Shown: in pieces, positions 37,458-50,435 of the stretch
Layout of the letters: each line of letters starts with the position of its first letter
Numbering within the stretch: the stretch's first letter is position 1
Origin: Negaprion brevirostris
Lineage: Eukaryota
NCBI GenBank assembly: GCA_030324005.1
Contig: JARDVH010000097.1
Location: 12,484,478 to 12,548,477, forward strand
Reading direction: 5' to 3'
Length of the DNA: 64,000 nt
Made by a program: the position numbers and the translations under genes
Notes under the pieces: model-generated
Told to the model about the DNA's origin: nothing
Database searches by the model: none
Seen by the model: the letters and a program-made list of their open reading frames with translations, nothing else

Positions 37458-37742
37458 CAATAGAACCCTACAGAGCAGAAGGAGGCTATTCAGCCTCAAA
37501 TCTGCACCTACCACAATCCCACCTATCCCCATAACTCCATGTGTTTACTCTATCTAGTCCCTATGACAGGAATGGGTAATTTAGCATGACAATCCACCTA
37601 ACCCGCACATCCTTTGGAGTGTGGGAGGAAGCTGGAGCACCCGGACGAAACCCGCGCAGACAGAGAACGCGCAGACTCGGCACAGGCAGTGACCCAAGGC
37701 TGGCATTGAACCAGGTCCCTGGGGCTGTGAGACAGTAGTGTC
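37458..37742 (-). mobile_element. HE1/V-SINE-like SINE, type A
   Basis: Reverse-complement family match. Confidence 0.75.
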
Positions 37743-38031
37743 TCTGTGTTGCCAGTGAGCTGAGGTTGTCCTATCATTTTCCCCTCATGGAAATGTACCT
37801 CAGCTGTAACTGGGCCATGTCTTCTTTTAACAATAACACATTGTTCCTTCATCAGTTTGGGAATCTTTGATTCCCATTTACTCTGGTCAGATTCGTTCTT
37901 GTCCCAATGAAATTGGCCCTCCTCCAATTAAGTAATTTTTATGCGAGATTGCTCCTTGTCCTTTTCCATAAATGACCTAAACTGCATGATATCCTATTAA
38001 CTTTCACAATACGGGCTTTGCCTTCTGCGTC

Positions 38032-38348
38032 ATGGTGGCACAGTGGTTAGCACTGCTGCCTCACAGCGCCAGGGACCCAGGTTCAATTCCCGGCTTGGGT
38101 CACAGTCTGTGTGGAGTTTGCACATTCTTGCCGTGTCTGTGTGGGTTTCCTCCGTGTGCTCCAGTTTCCCCCCCACAGTCCAAAGATTTTACGGGTTAGG
38201 TGGATTGGCCATGCTAAATCGCCCTTTAGAATGTCAGAGGAACCAGCTAGAGTAAATATTTGGGGATAGGGCCTGGGTGGGACTGGTGTCGGTGCAGACT
38301 TGATGGGTCAAATGGCCTCTTTCTGCACTGTAGGATTCTATGATTCTA
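38032..38348 (+). mobile_element. HE1/V-SINE-like SINE, type A (well preserved)
   Basis: GGTGGCACAGTGGTTAGCACTGCTGCCTCACAGCGCCAGGGACCCAGGTTCAATTCCCGG head through GGATTCTATGATTCTA tail. Confidence 0.88.
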
Positions 38349-38950
38349 AAACTCAAAGCCTTGACTGGAATTCTCCAACCTCATTCATGGCTGGGATTCT
38401 CCAGTCCCGCTGGTGGTGGGGCAAATGAGACTGGAGAATTCAAAGAATAACACAGCACGGGAAACAGGCCCTTCGGCCCAACAAGCCCACACTGCCATTT
38501 TAACATTTTGAGTCCCCTCTTCCACCTATGACCTTTGTCTATGCCTATGGCACTCGACATTGGAAACCAGATTGAGGGGATTCCTGCTCTGGTTTCTGAA
38601 ATATTTGAAGATTTTGTTTTTTGGAGCACGGTTTAAAACTGCAATTTTTTTTCTCTCTGTCTGGTTATTACTGAATACCCATCAATCTTGCACACTGGCA
38701 GGAAACCTGTGACCCATCTGGGCTCTGACTGCGGCCCATGGGACATTTTGTTGATCGTTGCCCATGTGCAGGATTGCCACATTCTGCTAGTTTCAGTCCA
38801 TTTTTTTTTCCTACCAATGTGACTGAGGTGGTACGCATATGAAGCGAGGGTACGTGAAATGAGGCGTATGCTGACTGCTCTCAACATTGTGCTCCCTCTC
38901 TGTCCAAATTGTAAACATTTCTTTGATCTTTACCATCTGGAAGTTGATAG

Positions 38951-39763
38951 TGTTACGAACCAGACCAGAATCTCCAAGATATTTTATGAAGTTAGCCTAA
39001 ACCCCCAACTTTCTTTGATTTTGGCATTAGGACAAGCATATATGGTGTTTCACTCCTGGTATGATTCAATTGGCCCACAAGGAATCTTTTATTAAAACAA
39101 GTTTTATTTATTAACACAGTTAAAATATAACAAAGAATCAGCTTTTACCAGTTGAAATTAATTAAACGTTACAAGGTATAATTCTTAACAGCTAACTATC
39201 TCTATGGTTGCAATTTAAGCAACATCTCCCTGACATCCGCCTACCCTTCAGAACCAGTTAACACCAAAAACAGATAAGCTCATGTGGATGTTAGATTTCC
39301 AGCCATTTAAGGCCTGTGGACAGAGATATAGACAGACACCTGTCTTCTGACTCCCAAAATGGCAGTTTCCAGAGAGAGAGATTTATCTTCAAGCAGCAGA
39401 ACCTCAGAGAAAGAAACCTATTTTTTGACAGGTCCAAGTCTTCAAATCCAAAGGGAGAAAGTGACAGACAGAGAGCTATTTCTTCTCTCTACAGATCCCA
39501 ATCAGCAAGGTTTCTCTCTTTGAGCCTCGCTCTGCCCCATCACATGACTTTTTTTTGTCAAGACCCTACTCTGAAAAACCCCAATGAAAAACACTAACAT
39601 AACAGCCCTCCATTTGTCCGGATTAAAACAAACATGGCAGCAATTGTGATCAATTAATCAATTATGCTGCTGCAGTAACAACAAAGGATGCTGGCTATAG
39701 ATAAAGCAGCGCTGATAAATAGAAGGGACTGTTTAAAACAAATCCAGCACCAGAAACATGACA
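38951..39763 (-). mobile_element. Probable solo LTR (Gypsy-like)
   Basis: Begins TGTTACG and ends CATGACA (imperfect TG...CA inverted termini). TTTATT (AATAAA on the - strand) lies near 39090-39110. No clean TSD seen. Confidence 0.45.
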
Positions 39764-40495
39764 CAACGTACAGTATTTTCGCAACAATTCTATTAATATA
39801 TAAACAGATAAGTATTTTCTATAACTATGAAGTATTTGGTGTGATTAAATATATTCAGTCTTGTGGGGTCATGGTTAGTGAACATGCCCAATTTCAACCT
39901 TGCAACCCACTGAGAAGGAGGGCCATCCATGCAGGCCACTCACTAGCCTAGCTGCCCATCAGTAATCTTGAAGGTGCCGTCATCTATATTAGAACATAGA
40001 ACATTACAGCACAAACAAGCCCTTCGGCCCACAAATTGCGCCGATCATATCCCTACCTACCAGGCCTATGTAAAACCCTCAATCCCATTAAATCCCATGT
40101 ACTCATCCAGAAGTCTCTTAAAAGACCCCAAGATATTGATGGGTGCTTAGCGGTAAGCTGAAATTACTGGTATGGCATTGGGTAGATAATAGCTTTGTAG
40201 CCAGTCTTTGCAAAGAGGAGCCTATAGTCTGTTTGTGTCAGCCATTTCGAAGTTAGAAAAGTCAGGCAAGATGCCTATCTCTCAGCTGATCTTAGTGTGA
40301 ATTTTGTCAGAGGTGTATAATAGTTTATGAATATTGCATTTGGATCTAGTGAGAAGGAGCACCCATGTGTACATTTGCGTCCAAGTTGCATATAAATCCC
40401 CCTCCTTGTAGTTCTGCATTTCCCTTGATGAGGTTGGTAGAAATGTTCAGTAATTTTTATTCTTTGCATTTTGTTGTTTTGAAAAACGTGACCAG

Positions 40496-40638
40496 GACTT
40501 AGCCAAGTGGAAAAACCGGCGCAAAAGTTACACTTCGGATCTGCAGAGAAAGAAGGACGAGAGGGAGGAAATTGAGAAAATAACGAGTGGCGAGAGTTCC
40601 AAGCCCACAAAGACATTCCAAAAACTGCAGAATGACAG
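40496..40638 (+). CDS. LMO7: LMO7 exon DLAKWKNRRKSYTSDLQRKKDEREEIEK...KTFQKLQND(R)
   Basis: accAG acceptor, GTAACC donor, phase 0->2. Diagnostic DLAKWKxRRKSYTSDLQ. Confidence 0.95.
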
Positions 40639-41794
40639 GTAACCCAGGAATTCTCTCAACATTTTGAATTGCCCTGATAAATCTCTGTCATGGTGCAGGA
40701 TATTGCTCATGGGCTCTACAGCTGGCTCACTGCCTCATTGTTTTTTATATTTTAAAAAGATACCAAGTTTTGCCTTGTCATTTAGAGGTGTCTCTTAGTT
40801 GTTTCACTTTGAATGGTGGGGAAGCATTCTTGAACTATTTCTTAGTTCCATTGATCCATACATCTGTGAAAGAAAACCACAGGTTCTAATTGGGCACTTT
40901 TTTTTGTATGTATACAAATGTAATTTTAATTACATCACTCCAGCGCACAGTCTTAAGTCTTCCCCTTCTGCAACGTCTGCGATACCAAGGGAATCATAGA
41001 ACCCCTAAAGTGCAAAGGAGGCCATTCAGCTCATTCAGCCTGCACCAACTCTCTGAAAGAGCATCTTACCCAGGCCCTCCCCTCCACCCTATCCCCGTAG
41101 CCCTGCGCATTTAACATGGCCCATCCACCTATCCTACACGTCTTTGGCTCTAAGGGGCAATTTGGCTTGGCCAATCCGCCTAGCTGGCACAGCTTTGAAA
41201 AATGGGTTAAAAACTGGCTGATGATCAGTGAGTGGGAATAACAGAAGAAGAAGGAAGCAAGAAGACCTTTCTGTGTTGCTGGAGGTAACTGACACAAGCG
41301 GAAAGAAACAGGGAAGCCTCTTCAGTTAACCGTGTGGAGATATCCAGGTCATCACTCCCTGTGGGACCCACAAACAAGCGTCTCCAACAGATGGCAAATC
41401 TGCCAAAATCTGCTCTATTGTCACAACATACCACTCACTCTCCATCCATTGCCTCACAGAGAGAGACCAAGGACTGATTAGTATATTTTAAACTTCAATT
41501 TGAAATCTTAACTCCTTCCTCACCCGATCGTAACAGCGTAGATTCTGCAGTTGCAACAATAAATATGCTTTTTCACTTTTATGATTAAGGTGACAACTTC
41601 TCTACACAGGTCCTAAACTTGCCAAGTGGGCTGACCTGTTGAGTGCATTGACTGGGTGAGATTTTCCAGTCCCACCCACCTATCAACAGACCTGTCATTG
41701 GGCCTTCAAATTATCCATCCTGCCCATGGTGATTCCCACACTGGGCAGGACTGTAAAATTTGTATGCACCCCGCCCCAGCCGAGCATCCCAAAT

Positions 41795-42087
41795 TTGATT
41801 TGTTGTCGCATGTGTTGGTATACTGTGAAAAGTATTGTTTCTTGCGTGCTATACAGACAAAGCATACCATTCATAGAGAGTGCAGAATGTAACAGTCATA
41901 GCTAGGGTATAGAGAAAGATCAACTTAATGCAAGGTAAGTCCATTCAAAAAGTCTGATGGCAACAGGAAAGAAGCTGTTCTTGAGTCTGAGGCACCTCAG
42001 ACTTTCGCATATTTTTGCCGAAAGAAAAAGGTGGAAGAGAGAAAAAGCTGGGGGGTGTGGGGTCCTTAATTATGCTGGCTGCTTTGT
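41795..42087 (-). mobile_element. Rex1/Babar-like LINE 3' fragment
   Basis: The reverse complement contains AGACTCAAGAACAGCTTCTTTCCTGTTGCCATCAGACTTTTGAATGG (RLKNSFFPVAIRLLN), a C-terminal motif I recall from Rex1-type elements. Confidence 0.6.
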
Positions 42088-44017
42088 NNNNNNNNNNNNN
42101 NNNNNNNNNNNNNNNNNNNNNNNNNNNNNNNNNNNNNNNNNNNNNNNNNNNNNNNNNNNNNNNNNNNNNNNNNNNNNNNNNNNNNNNCCACCTTGGGTGA
42201 CTGCCTGTCTGTGCGGAGTTTGCATATTTTCCCCGTGCCTGTTTGGGGTGCTCTGGTTTCCTCCCATAGTCCGAAGATTGGTCATACTAAATTGCCCCTT
42301 AACCCCCTTGACATTAACAGGCTGAATAAGTATGGTTATGGGGATAGGGCCTGGGAGGAATCGTGATCGATGCAGACTGAATGGGCCAAATGGCCTCGTC
42401 TTGCACTTTTGGGATTCTATGATATCCATATCTAAGAGTCATTGTTTGGTAGCTGAATTCAATATACATTTTTATCTGTCACTGTACTCTGTTCAGTGTG
42501 CATCTGCAGGTAGTAGTTTTACAGTGCTAGCTCCCCACAAGCCATGTTAAAAATGGAAAGCTACTTTAGAGCTTTCATTTTATCTAAAATACGTAGTGAT
42601 ATTTCTGTTATCAAACTTTTAAGACTAGTCTTGCTTTCATGGCTGTTTTGTATTTGTTTCCATCTCTGCTGGAAGACACCCATTACAAAATCTGCACACC
42701 TTATGTGTGCAGTACAGTGCAAGGAAACATATTTATCCCTAAAGGGTTAAATTGTCTTGTTTGCTTTTGAAAGACGACTAGGCAAGGAAAAGTTGGGTTC
42801 AGCTTTCACATTTATTCGCTGCAGTGATGATGTGGAATTTGGAGGCTAGCTGTCGTGCAGTATTTTGGATGGATTAGTGGAATGGGATGCTAAAGGAACT
42901 TACAGGATATGTAGGCTTATAATCAGCAAAAAACAGGCTGGGTAACATCTAAGCAATCCTGTCAGCATAATGATCTATTAATCTTTCCAACAAACGTAAA
43001 TCTGCTGTTTGATTTTAAATTTTGAGGTTTGCAGATTCAGATTTTCCCCTCTAATTTAGAGTTTTATAGCAGCATGAATGTGAAATCTAAAGGGTCCCTC
43101 TAAAATTCTATGAGTTACCTTTGGAGGATTGCTTTTATTATCAGCCAGTCGTAGCCAAAATAAAGCTTAGTTGTGCGTAATGATGTGCTGAATTCTGACG
43201 TGTGTATAAAGCTGGAGTATCAGGAAAATTTTGGCTTATTAAAAGTTTGGTGGTAAAATGGTGCTTGCTAACTATGTACCTCAGCAGGATTCTGATCAGG
43301 GTCTATAACCGTAACCCTCTAAATTGACCATTTATAAAACTGAATTTGCATAGATTTATCTCTTAAATCAGTTGTATTGCATAGCGTCTGGTATCTCTTG
43401 GAACTTTTGCTTGATTTTTGAGAAGAAAGTGATGGATTTGGAATTATTTAATTTGTGTGTTAAGTGGCTTAAACATGTCTGTCAACTGATGTAAATAAAG
43501 TTGGGGCTTTTGGAGAAATGTTAGGGAGGTGACAGCAGACTATCGAGTTAAATCTGGAGTGTTTTTATCGGTACTTGAAATACTTTGGACATTGCTCATT
43601 AAAGCATAAAGCTTAACAGATGGAAGGGAAATGTGCGGTCGCATTTTTCTTTAGGATTGGATTTTATTTCCTTTGCAAGGCATCTGAAGTTCAGATCCTG
43701 CTGTATTGAATTGAAAGTACACAAAGTCGATGGTACTGTTGTCCCATGTTGTTGAAAATGTAAGGCAAACAGCCATTCACTCTGATTTCAAGTCCCTTTT
43801 GTAGGGGGGTGGGGATTGTAACACAACACTAATTATCTTGAAGCTGACTAGTTTTGCAGTTTGTCTGAACTTTCCTCCGTTGTCCCACTGCGTGCAAATT
43901 ACAACCTGACTAAATAGTTTTGCAGACCACACCTACTTATCATCTCAATTTCGCATTCAGTCTAATGAGGTGTTTCTGCTCTTTTTTTCCCTTTCCAAAC
44001 TGTCCTCTCCCTCGCAG

Positions 44018-44504
44018 GGATCTCAGACAGCAGGGATCATACAGCGGCGACCAAACTGACTACAGAAAGCTGAACTCCTCGGACGAAGAAGTGTTTGTTG
44101 AAGAAACAAAGCCCCCAAGACGTTCGTATGAGAGGAGTTACACTGTGGAAAGTGAAATCCCTTATACCTCCCAGAGGTTTGAGGCAGTTTCCTCAGCACC
44201 TCCAACTCGAGCCCCAAAGACCTCCCAGAGGCTTGAGACGGTTTCCTCAGCACCTCCACCTCAAGCCTCAAAGACCCAGGCATCGGAGTTGAAAAGCACG
44301 GTCAATAACATGTCAGGAAAACAAAGCCCTCTTCCTTTCTATACCCGCCATGCACTGGATTCCAAAACAGAACAGACCCGGGTTTCAAGTTCTCTGCCAC
44401 GGAATTACCAAGCACCTGATGTGTCCAGGATCGCACCTGTAGTCGTACCAAGACCCTATGGTACACAATCNNNNNNNNNNNNNNNNNNNNNNNNNNCCTA
44501 TCCG
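44018..44504 (+). CDS. LMO7: LMO7 exon DLRQQGSYSG...TRVSSSLPRNYQAPDVSRIAPVVVPRPYGTQ...YP (contains 26-nt N gap)
   Basis: Long polypyrimidine tract with cgcAG acceptor and GTAAGT donor (ORF 43920..44522). Resembles recalled TRVSASLPRSY...VVTPRPFG. Frame is preserved across gap 44471-44496. Confidence 0.9.
44166..44273 (+). repeat. Coding tandem duplication, 2 x 54 nt
   Basis: TSQRFEAVSSAPPTRAPK / TSQRLETVSSAPPPQASK; units start at 44166 and 44220. Confidence 0.92.
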
Positions 44505-45790
44505 GTAAGTTGCTCTGGATAAATCCCGTTTGTCTCTTTAAGTAAACGTGTCTCGGGGTCCCTCTTGTTTTGAGTTAAGAGTATTGGATCGGAGCGGTTC
44601 CCTTTCAGATGTGTTCAAGGTCTCGAGTTGCGAATGGCTTCATTATTTATCAGCAATAAACCAGTTCGCGTTGGATCTGCAACTTAGCAGCCAGATAGAT
44701 TTCTCTCTATTCATTCTCCTTTAGTAAGTTGACGCTGGTGTAAAACTCTTACTCTGAGCTTTCGCTGCTGTTTCTGACGAGGCTGTGCAGATATTTACAT
44801 GTTTTCACTGAACAATGCAGCAGAATTTAGACCATTTTTGCACCACTTGATGCAGAAGCTTAAAACTACCAAACCACTACACCCAATTTTCCGGTTGGCA
44901 TTGTGCAAACACATTTCCAATTGTAACAGCATATGTAAACCAACACCCTATTGTGGCATTTCAATATGTAACCCAAGATCAGAACATGCCAATAGACATT
45001 CAGTTCAGGAAGCATTTGTGAAGAAAAGGAGCCAGTTAACCCCTCTGGTCCTGTTGCCTCTTCACTGCAATTTCTGTCTTACTTCAGATGTCCAGCATTT
45101 GCAATTTTCTTTTTTCTTTTGTTGCTTTTTATTTTGTATTTCAATTCTTCAAGAAGAGAGACAGGCAACGTTGTAAGCTTTGAATTACACTTTTCTAAAA
45201 CTGGTGTCCGCAAATTCCAGATAAATGAACATTTGTCTGGAAAATGTAGCGGATTATCGCAGTAACTTCAACGTGGTGTTAATGTAAACCTATTTGTGAC
45301 ACTAATAAATAAATAAACTTATTTTTAATCGTTGAGTCATCTAGTTCTGCCCCCCCCCCCGCCCCACAAACACCCATGTTTCTTTTGCAAATGCCATCCC
45401 CTCCCCCACAAAAATACCATCCTTGATACAAGATCCAAGTAAAGTCAGATTAGTTGACAAGGGTTTGGAGCAGTGGTGAGTTGCCCATCTTTACTGGCAC
45501 TATACAGAGACTGATGGTTTTAGCATCTGTGGATGCCAGAGGCCACAATCAGTGTTCTATTTTTACAGAGTGTGGAGAGCTGTGCTGTGGGGCACGTATC
45601 AATATCGAATCTGTCATTTCTGTGTTGAATACATCCTCATGGAAAAACTAGATTGAAAATGTGCAGGCACCAAGCGAAGTGTTAAAGCTCAAGCCTCACA
45701 GCGAGAACATCAGCATTTTTTTAAATGGGCCATTCCGTCTTTCAAAGGAGCTTGTGCCCTGGCTCAATTTTAATCTGCTATGAGTTGCCT

Positions 45791-46108
45791 TCATAGAATC
45801 CCTACAGTACAGAAGGAGGCCATTTGGCCCATTGAGTCTGCAACAACCACGATCCCACCCAGGCCCTATTCCTGTAATCCCACACGCTTACCCTGCTCAT
45901 CCCCCTGACTCTAGGGTCAATTTAGCATGGTCAATCAACTTAACCCGCTCGTCTTTGGAGGGTGGGAGAAAACTGGAGCACCCGGAGGAAACCCACACAG
46001 GTACAGGGAGGGGAAAAAAGTGCAAACTCCACACACACAGTGACCTGGGGCCGGAATCGAACCCAGGTCCCTGGCATTGTGAGGCAGCAGTGTTAACCAC
46101 TGTGCCAC
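45791..46108 (-). mobile_element. HE1/V-SINE-like SINE, type A
   Basis: Reverse-complement family match. Confidence 0.85.
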
Positions 46109-46977
46109 TGTGCTGCCCCTTCAGTCCGCATCTCATTTTATTTTAATGGGCTGTATCAATTTAAGGCAGCAGAGTACAGGTTAGCCGTCAGTCCTTGCTG
46201 TTTGTAGCTTTTAACTCCTGAATAGCCGTCATCTTTCTGGATCCGAACAAGTACTCTGGCATGCGAACGCCCAAATATTTTGCCTGGAGAGGGTGGGGAC
46301 CAGAAGGGGCCTCTTTCTTTCTTCCACGGGCTGCCAGATGAAATGCAAACTATTTACTGAATAAAGAACTGTTCAAGTGTCGGTATCGTGAACCATGTTC
46401 TGGCCCCTCCCTTTGCAGGCTGGGTTCATTAACGTTTCCCAGTCTGACCTATTTTAATTCCCTGTGCTGAAAGGCTTAAGCAATTTGGTGGATCTCCAGT
46501 CAGGTTTTGAACTGCGCTTGTCCCATTGTCAGGTAATTAGCTTCACGTTACCCACTCTCACAATTGGAATGGAGTTAAATGGCCATTTGTGCTTCACTTG
46601 GAAGTTTGCGAACAGGTGCAGCCCCTGGCAAAGCTGGGAACAGCTTGCAAAGAATGCAATGGTTTCTCTTTGTTTAGGGCTGTTTCTCACCCTGTTTGAG
46701 CTGAAGGCACTGAAATTTGGCATTTGCAATTCTTTCCCTTAAGAGTTGGTGGTGTGATTTGCCCTATATTTATAGCAGGGAAAAACAATTGGGAGGTACA
46801 AGAATAACATCTGAAATCTTCCAAGTACCTTATTTTAACTTACAGTTTCTTAACATATCAAAAATCCCAAAGAAGTGCGAGTGTAAAATTTGTCCAATTT
46901 GCAGCTTCAGATAAGGTTTTTACATCATCCAATGATTTGTTCACACATAAGCACAGGTTTTCAACCTAAACCCTTGA

Positions 46978-47335
46978 GGTGGCGGCGATGACTCAATGGT
47001 ATTATCACGAGACTATTAATTCAGAAACTCAGCCAATGTTCTGGTGACCCGGGTTCGAATCCTGCCATGGCAGATGGCGAATTTGAATTTGATAAAAAAT
47101 CTGGAATTAAGAATTTACTGATGACCATGAAACTTGTCAGTTGTCGGAAAAACCCATCTGGTACACTAATGTTCCTCAGGGAAGGAAATCTGCTGTCCTT
47201 ATATGGTCTGGCCTACATCTGACTCCAGAGCCACACCAGTGTGGTTGACTCTCAACTGATTTCGGGTAACTAGTGATGGGCAATAAATGCTGGCCACCCA
47301 GCGATGCCCGTGTCCTATGAATGAATTAAAAAAAT
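46978..47335 (+). mobile_element. Second tRNA-derived SINE family with CR1-like 3' end
   Basis: B box GGGTTCGAATCC and tail GGGCAATAAATGCTGGCC...ATGAATGAATTAAAAAAA. Related copies at ~2980-3106 (+), ~9265-9706 (-) and ~17775-17935 (-). Confidence 0.7.
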
Positions 47336-47629
47336 GTAAATCACAAGCAAATGTTTTTATTGTTCGAATACCCAAGATTTTGGAATAAAATTAGGGCTGG
47401 GTTTTGTAGTTGATGTGTAAAGGTAGTCATTGTTGTAATTGCTACTCCAGTATAGCAATCTATTGCTGCATAAAGGTTCATAATCAGACTGTCACTTTGT
47501 GTTGGCCGCTTCTCTGAGGTGAAGTCAGGTTGGCTTAATCCCTTACTAAGTAGTTCGGCGGTGCACTCAATCCATAGTACGCTCTCTTTGAGATTATAAA
47601 GTCTTCGTGAGGGAATTTTAAGAAGCAGA

Positions 47630-48075
47630 GATGAGATACAACAGTTTGAGTTATAAGGAGAGGCTGGATAGACTGGGACCTTTTTCCTTGGAGTGTAGGA
47701 GGCTTAGGGATGAACTTATTGAGGCTTATAAAATAATGAGGATCATTGATAAGGTAGATAGTCAACATCTTTTCCCAAAGTTAGGAGAATCTAAAACTAG
47801 AGGGCATAAGTTTAAGGTGAGAGGGGAGAGATATAAAAGGGTACAGAGGGGCAATTCTTTGAGTGGTGAATGTCTGAAACAAGCTGCCCGATGTGGTAGA
47901 GGCGGATACAAATTTGTCTTTTAAAAAACACTTGGACAGTTGTATGTGTAAGATTGGTATGGGGGATATTGACCAAATGCAGGCGATTGGGACTAGCTCA
48001 GTGATTTTTAAAAAAGGGGCAGCATAGACAAGTTGGGCTGAAGGTCCTGTTTCCATGCTGTAAACTTCGATGACG
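47630..48075 (+). mobile_element. CR1-like (HER1-like) LINE 3' end
   Basis: ORF 47631: LSYKERLDRLGPFSLECRRLRDELIEAYKIMRIIDKVDSQHLFPKLGESKTRGHKFKVRG. Confidence 0.85.
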
Positions 48076-48560
48076 ATTGAGTCTTTCCCCCCTGGAGTAG
48101 GGAGGGGAAGAAATCGGTTCAAATTGTTCCTGATCGCTCCTTGTGAGCCCTGTCAAAAATGTATTTCTGTGGATATTTTGTGACGAGAGGATTAGGCCTG
48201 GTTGTGAGGTGTCCTGCAGTTGAATAGCTTTTGGAAATGCATTGCCTCATGTGTGAAGATTGTGAAGAAATGGAACTCAATTGACGGCAAAGACTGGTAG
48301 TTCGGAAGAAAAACAGAACGTTATTTAATTCTGGTGTTCACATTATCCAAGTAATGCTGTTTACCTTGCCAGTTCATTATGTAGGTCAGTGGTTTGCTAA
48401 CTCCTTCCTAAATTCCAGTATTCCATCATATCTATTACTGCCAACAGTCAGTGCAGTGTAAGCTATTTTGGTATAGAGTCTGTTGTCGAAAGATGTTTTT
48501 GTTNNNNNNNNNNNNNNNNNNNNAAAGTTAGCTAAGGTATTTTTTTTCCGTCCTTCTCAG

Positions 48561-49019
48561 CAGCGGGATGGGCCATCCCGATTTAACGGAGATGCGAACG
48601 ATTCAAAAAATGTCCAGGCCACGCCAAGTTTCTTTGCGAAGCTAGAAGCAGGAGGATCCAAGGATAGGAGTGAGCTCTCGGCAAAGGAGGAGGGAACCAA
48701 GTGGGTCAGTCCTTCTGCCAGAATGGAGGAAAAGAAGTCAGCGCAGGTTTACCTTTCCTCAAAACCGGAAAGTGATGTGTACACCAGCAGCAACCTGTTA
48801 TCAAAACCAGAAGACGATGACCAATCGCAAGCCAGTTCTGTAATTAGTAGTAATGAGGAGGAGGAGGAAGAAGAAGAGAAAGAGACTCCATCCCTTATTA
48901 AGAGCAGCCTCCCCCATGAGTCAAAGCCCGACACTACTTCCGGCTCAGTAACAATGAATTCTTTTACAAAAACAACAAGCTTGCCTAAAGACAAGGTTAC
49001 CACAGCAGCCATGCAACAG
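48561..49019 (+). CDS. LMO7: LMO7 low-complexity exon QRDGPSRFNGD...SNEEEEEEEKET...TTAAMQQ
   Basis: ttctcAG acceptor, GTAAGT donor, 459 nt, phase 0-0 (ORF 48483..49073). RFNGD resembles recalled KYNGD. Confidence 0.85.
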
Positions 49020-49496
49020 GTAAGTCTGGAAAGTAGGTTACTATGTGCATTTGAAGTCAGTCTGGTAATGTGACTCTCCTTTTGACTGCATGTACAAGGG
49101 CACTCTTTTTGAAACAAAACAACCTCCTGGGCTAATTATTCTTTGACTGATTAATCACAAAATGATATAACAGCGTATATAGCCAACCTGACAGTAAAAT
49201 GTATGACAAAACCTATTCTTCATAGCGGCATTCATAGAGAGCCATTTCTCCCCACTGGGTGTCTGTAACAGGGAAATAGCTGCCAGAAACTAGGTTCTGT
49301 CATTTGGGAATAGTTTTTTTTGTAGCCTTCGAACTGCTCATTTACAAAGAGTTCCCAGACATTCCGGTCATGCCTGTGGATGTTTGCGGGGGTCGTGGAA
49401 AAGATCAATCAGACTGATTTATTAGATTGGCTTTCCAGGAAATGTTAATTGATGTTTGTTCTGCTATCAGTGTTAAATGCTTTTAATTTTTTTTAG

Positions 49497-49611
49497 GGAC
49501 AGTACAGTAACACACGAGTAGTTATCAATCAGAAACCAAACAGTGATCGGGACTTTGGGTTTGCGGTCGCTTGGAGTGCCACCGGTGCTACTGTCAAGTC
49601 AGTTGAACAAG
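49497..49611 (+). CDS. LMO7: LMO7 PDZ exon 1: GQYSNTRVVINQKPNSDRDFGFAVAWSATGATVKSVEQ(G)
   Basis: Poly-T tract with AG acceptor, GTAACT donor, phase 0->1. DFGF is the PDZ carboxylate-binding loop. Confidence 0.93.
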
Positions 49612-50401
49612 GTAACTACATCTTTTCTAAAAAATTGTAATGGACACTTTGAGTATTGTCTTGGTGCAGGAGTCTGTAGTATCTGGATTTCGCATCTCTC
49701 GTTCTGTGACTGTGGCAACAGTCATGCTAGCTTTAGTTGATGACCATGAATGACTTATGATGTAAAGGTCGTTCTCCCATGTAGGAATCTATTGAACAAA
49801 AATAAATATCAGAGAAAACCAATCAAGTGAAATTGCATCCGGATTTTGACACAAAGGAAATCGTTCCACANNNNNNNNNNNNNNNNNNNNNNNNNNNNNN
49901 NNNNNNNNNNNNNNNNNNNNNNNNNNNNNNNNNNNNNNNNNNNNNNNNNNNNNNNNNNNNNNNNNNNNNNCACAAAGGAAATCGTTCCACAGTCGCAGAA
50001 TGCAATGCTTAATCCCTTATTGGCTGACCGATTCAGCTTTCATATGGTTTGTTTACTTGTGGTACTTCGGAAACATGTCTGTCAACTCGATGCAGGCTCT
50101 CTTAATATTTGCACAACTTGTTTTGCAAAATGTACTTATCGTCGCTTCCCTTGGCAGTTATGTTTCTGTTCTCCCTAGCACAGCCTAGGGAACACTATTC
50201 GGCAATGGTGCAGCAAGGTAATATTGGGAAGTAGAATGTGTTTGTTTGCCCTCTGCCTTTTTAAAAAGCTTAACGAAACTGGTCTAATTGATTGCTGAAG
50301 GCCTGTTAGTTTTGATGCCAACAGTGATGAATGAAAAGCAGGATTTGAGTTTATTACCTACAGATCGTGTCAGCTCAGTGCTCCTATACACCTACACCCA
50401 C

Positions 50402-50403
<2 letters not shown>

Positions 50404-50433
<30 letters not shown>
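50404..50433 (+). repeat. (CA)n microsatellite
   Basis: About 15 AC units. Confidence 0.9.

Positions 50434-50435
<2 letters not shown>

Noticed and set aside
41245-41284. Purine-rich AG...GTAACT exon-like segment
   Set aside because: 40 nt would break the frame between the 40496 and 44018 exons, and there is no polypyrimidine tract.
49850-49991. 21-nt direct repeat CACAAAGGAAATCGTTCCACA on both sides of a 100-N gap
   Set aside because: Typical contig-overlap scaffolding artefact rather than a biological repeat or TSD.
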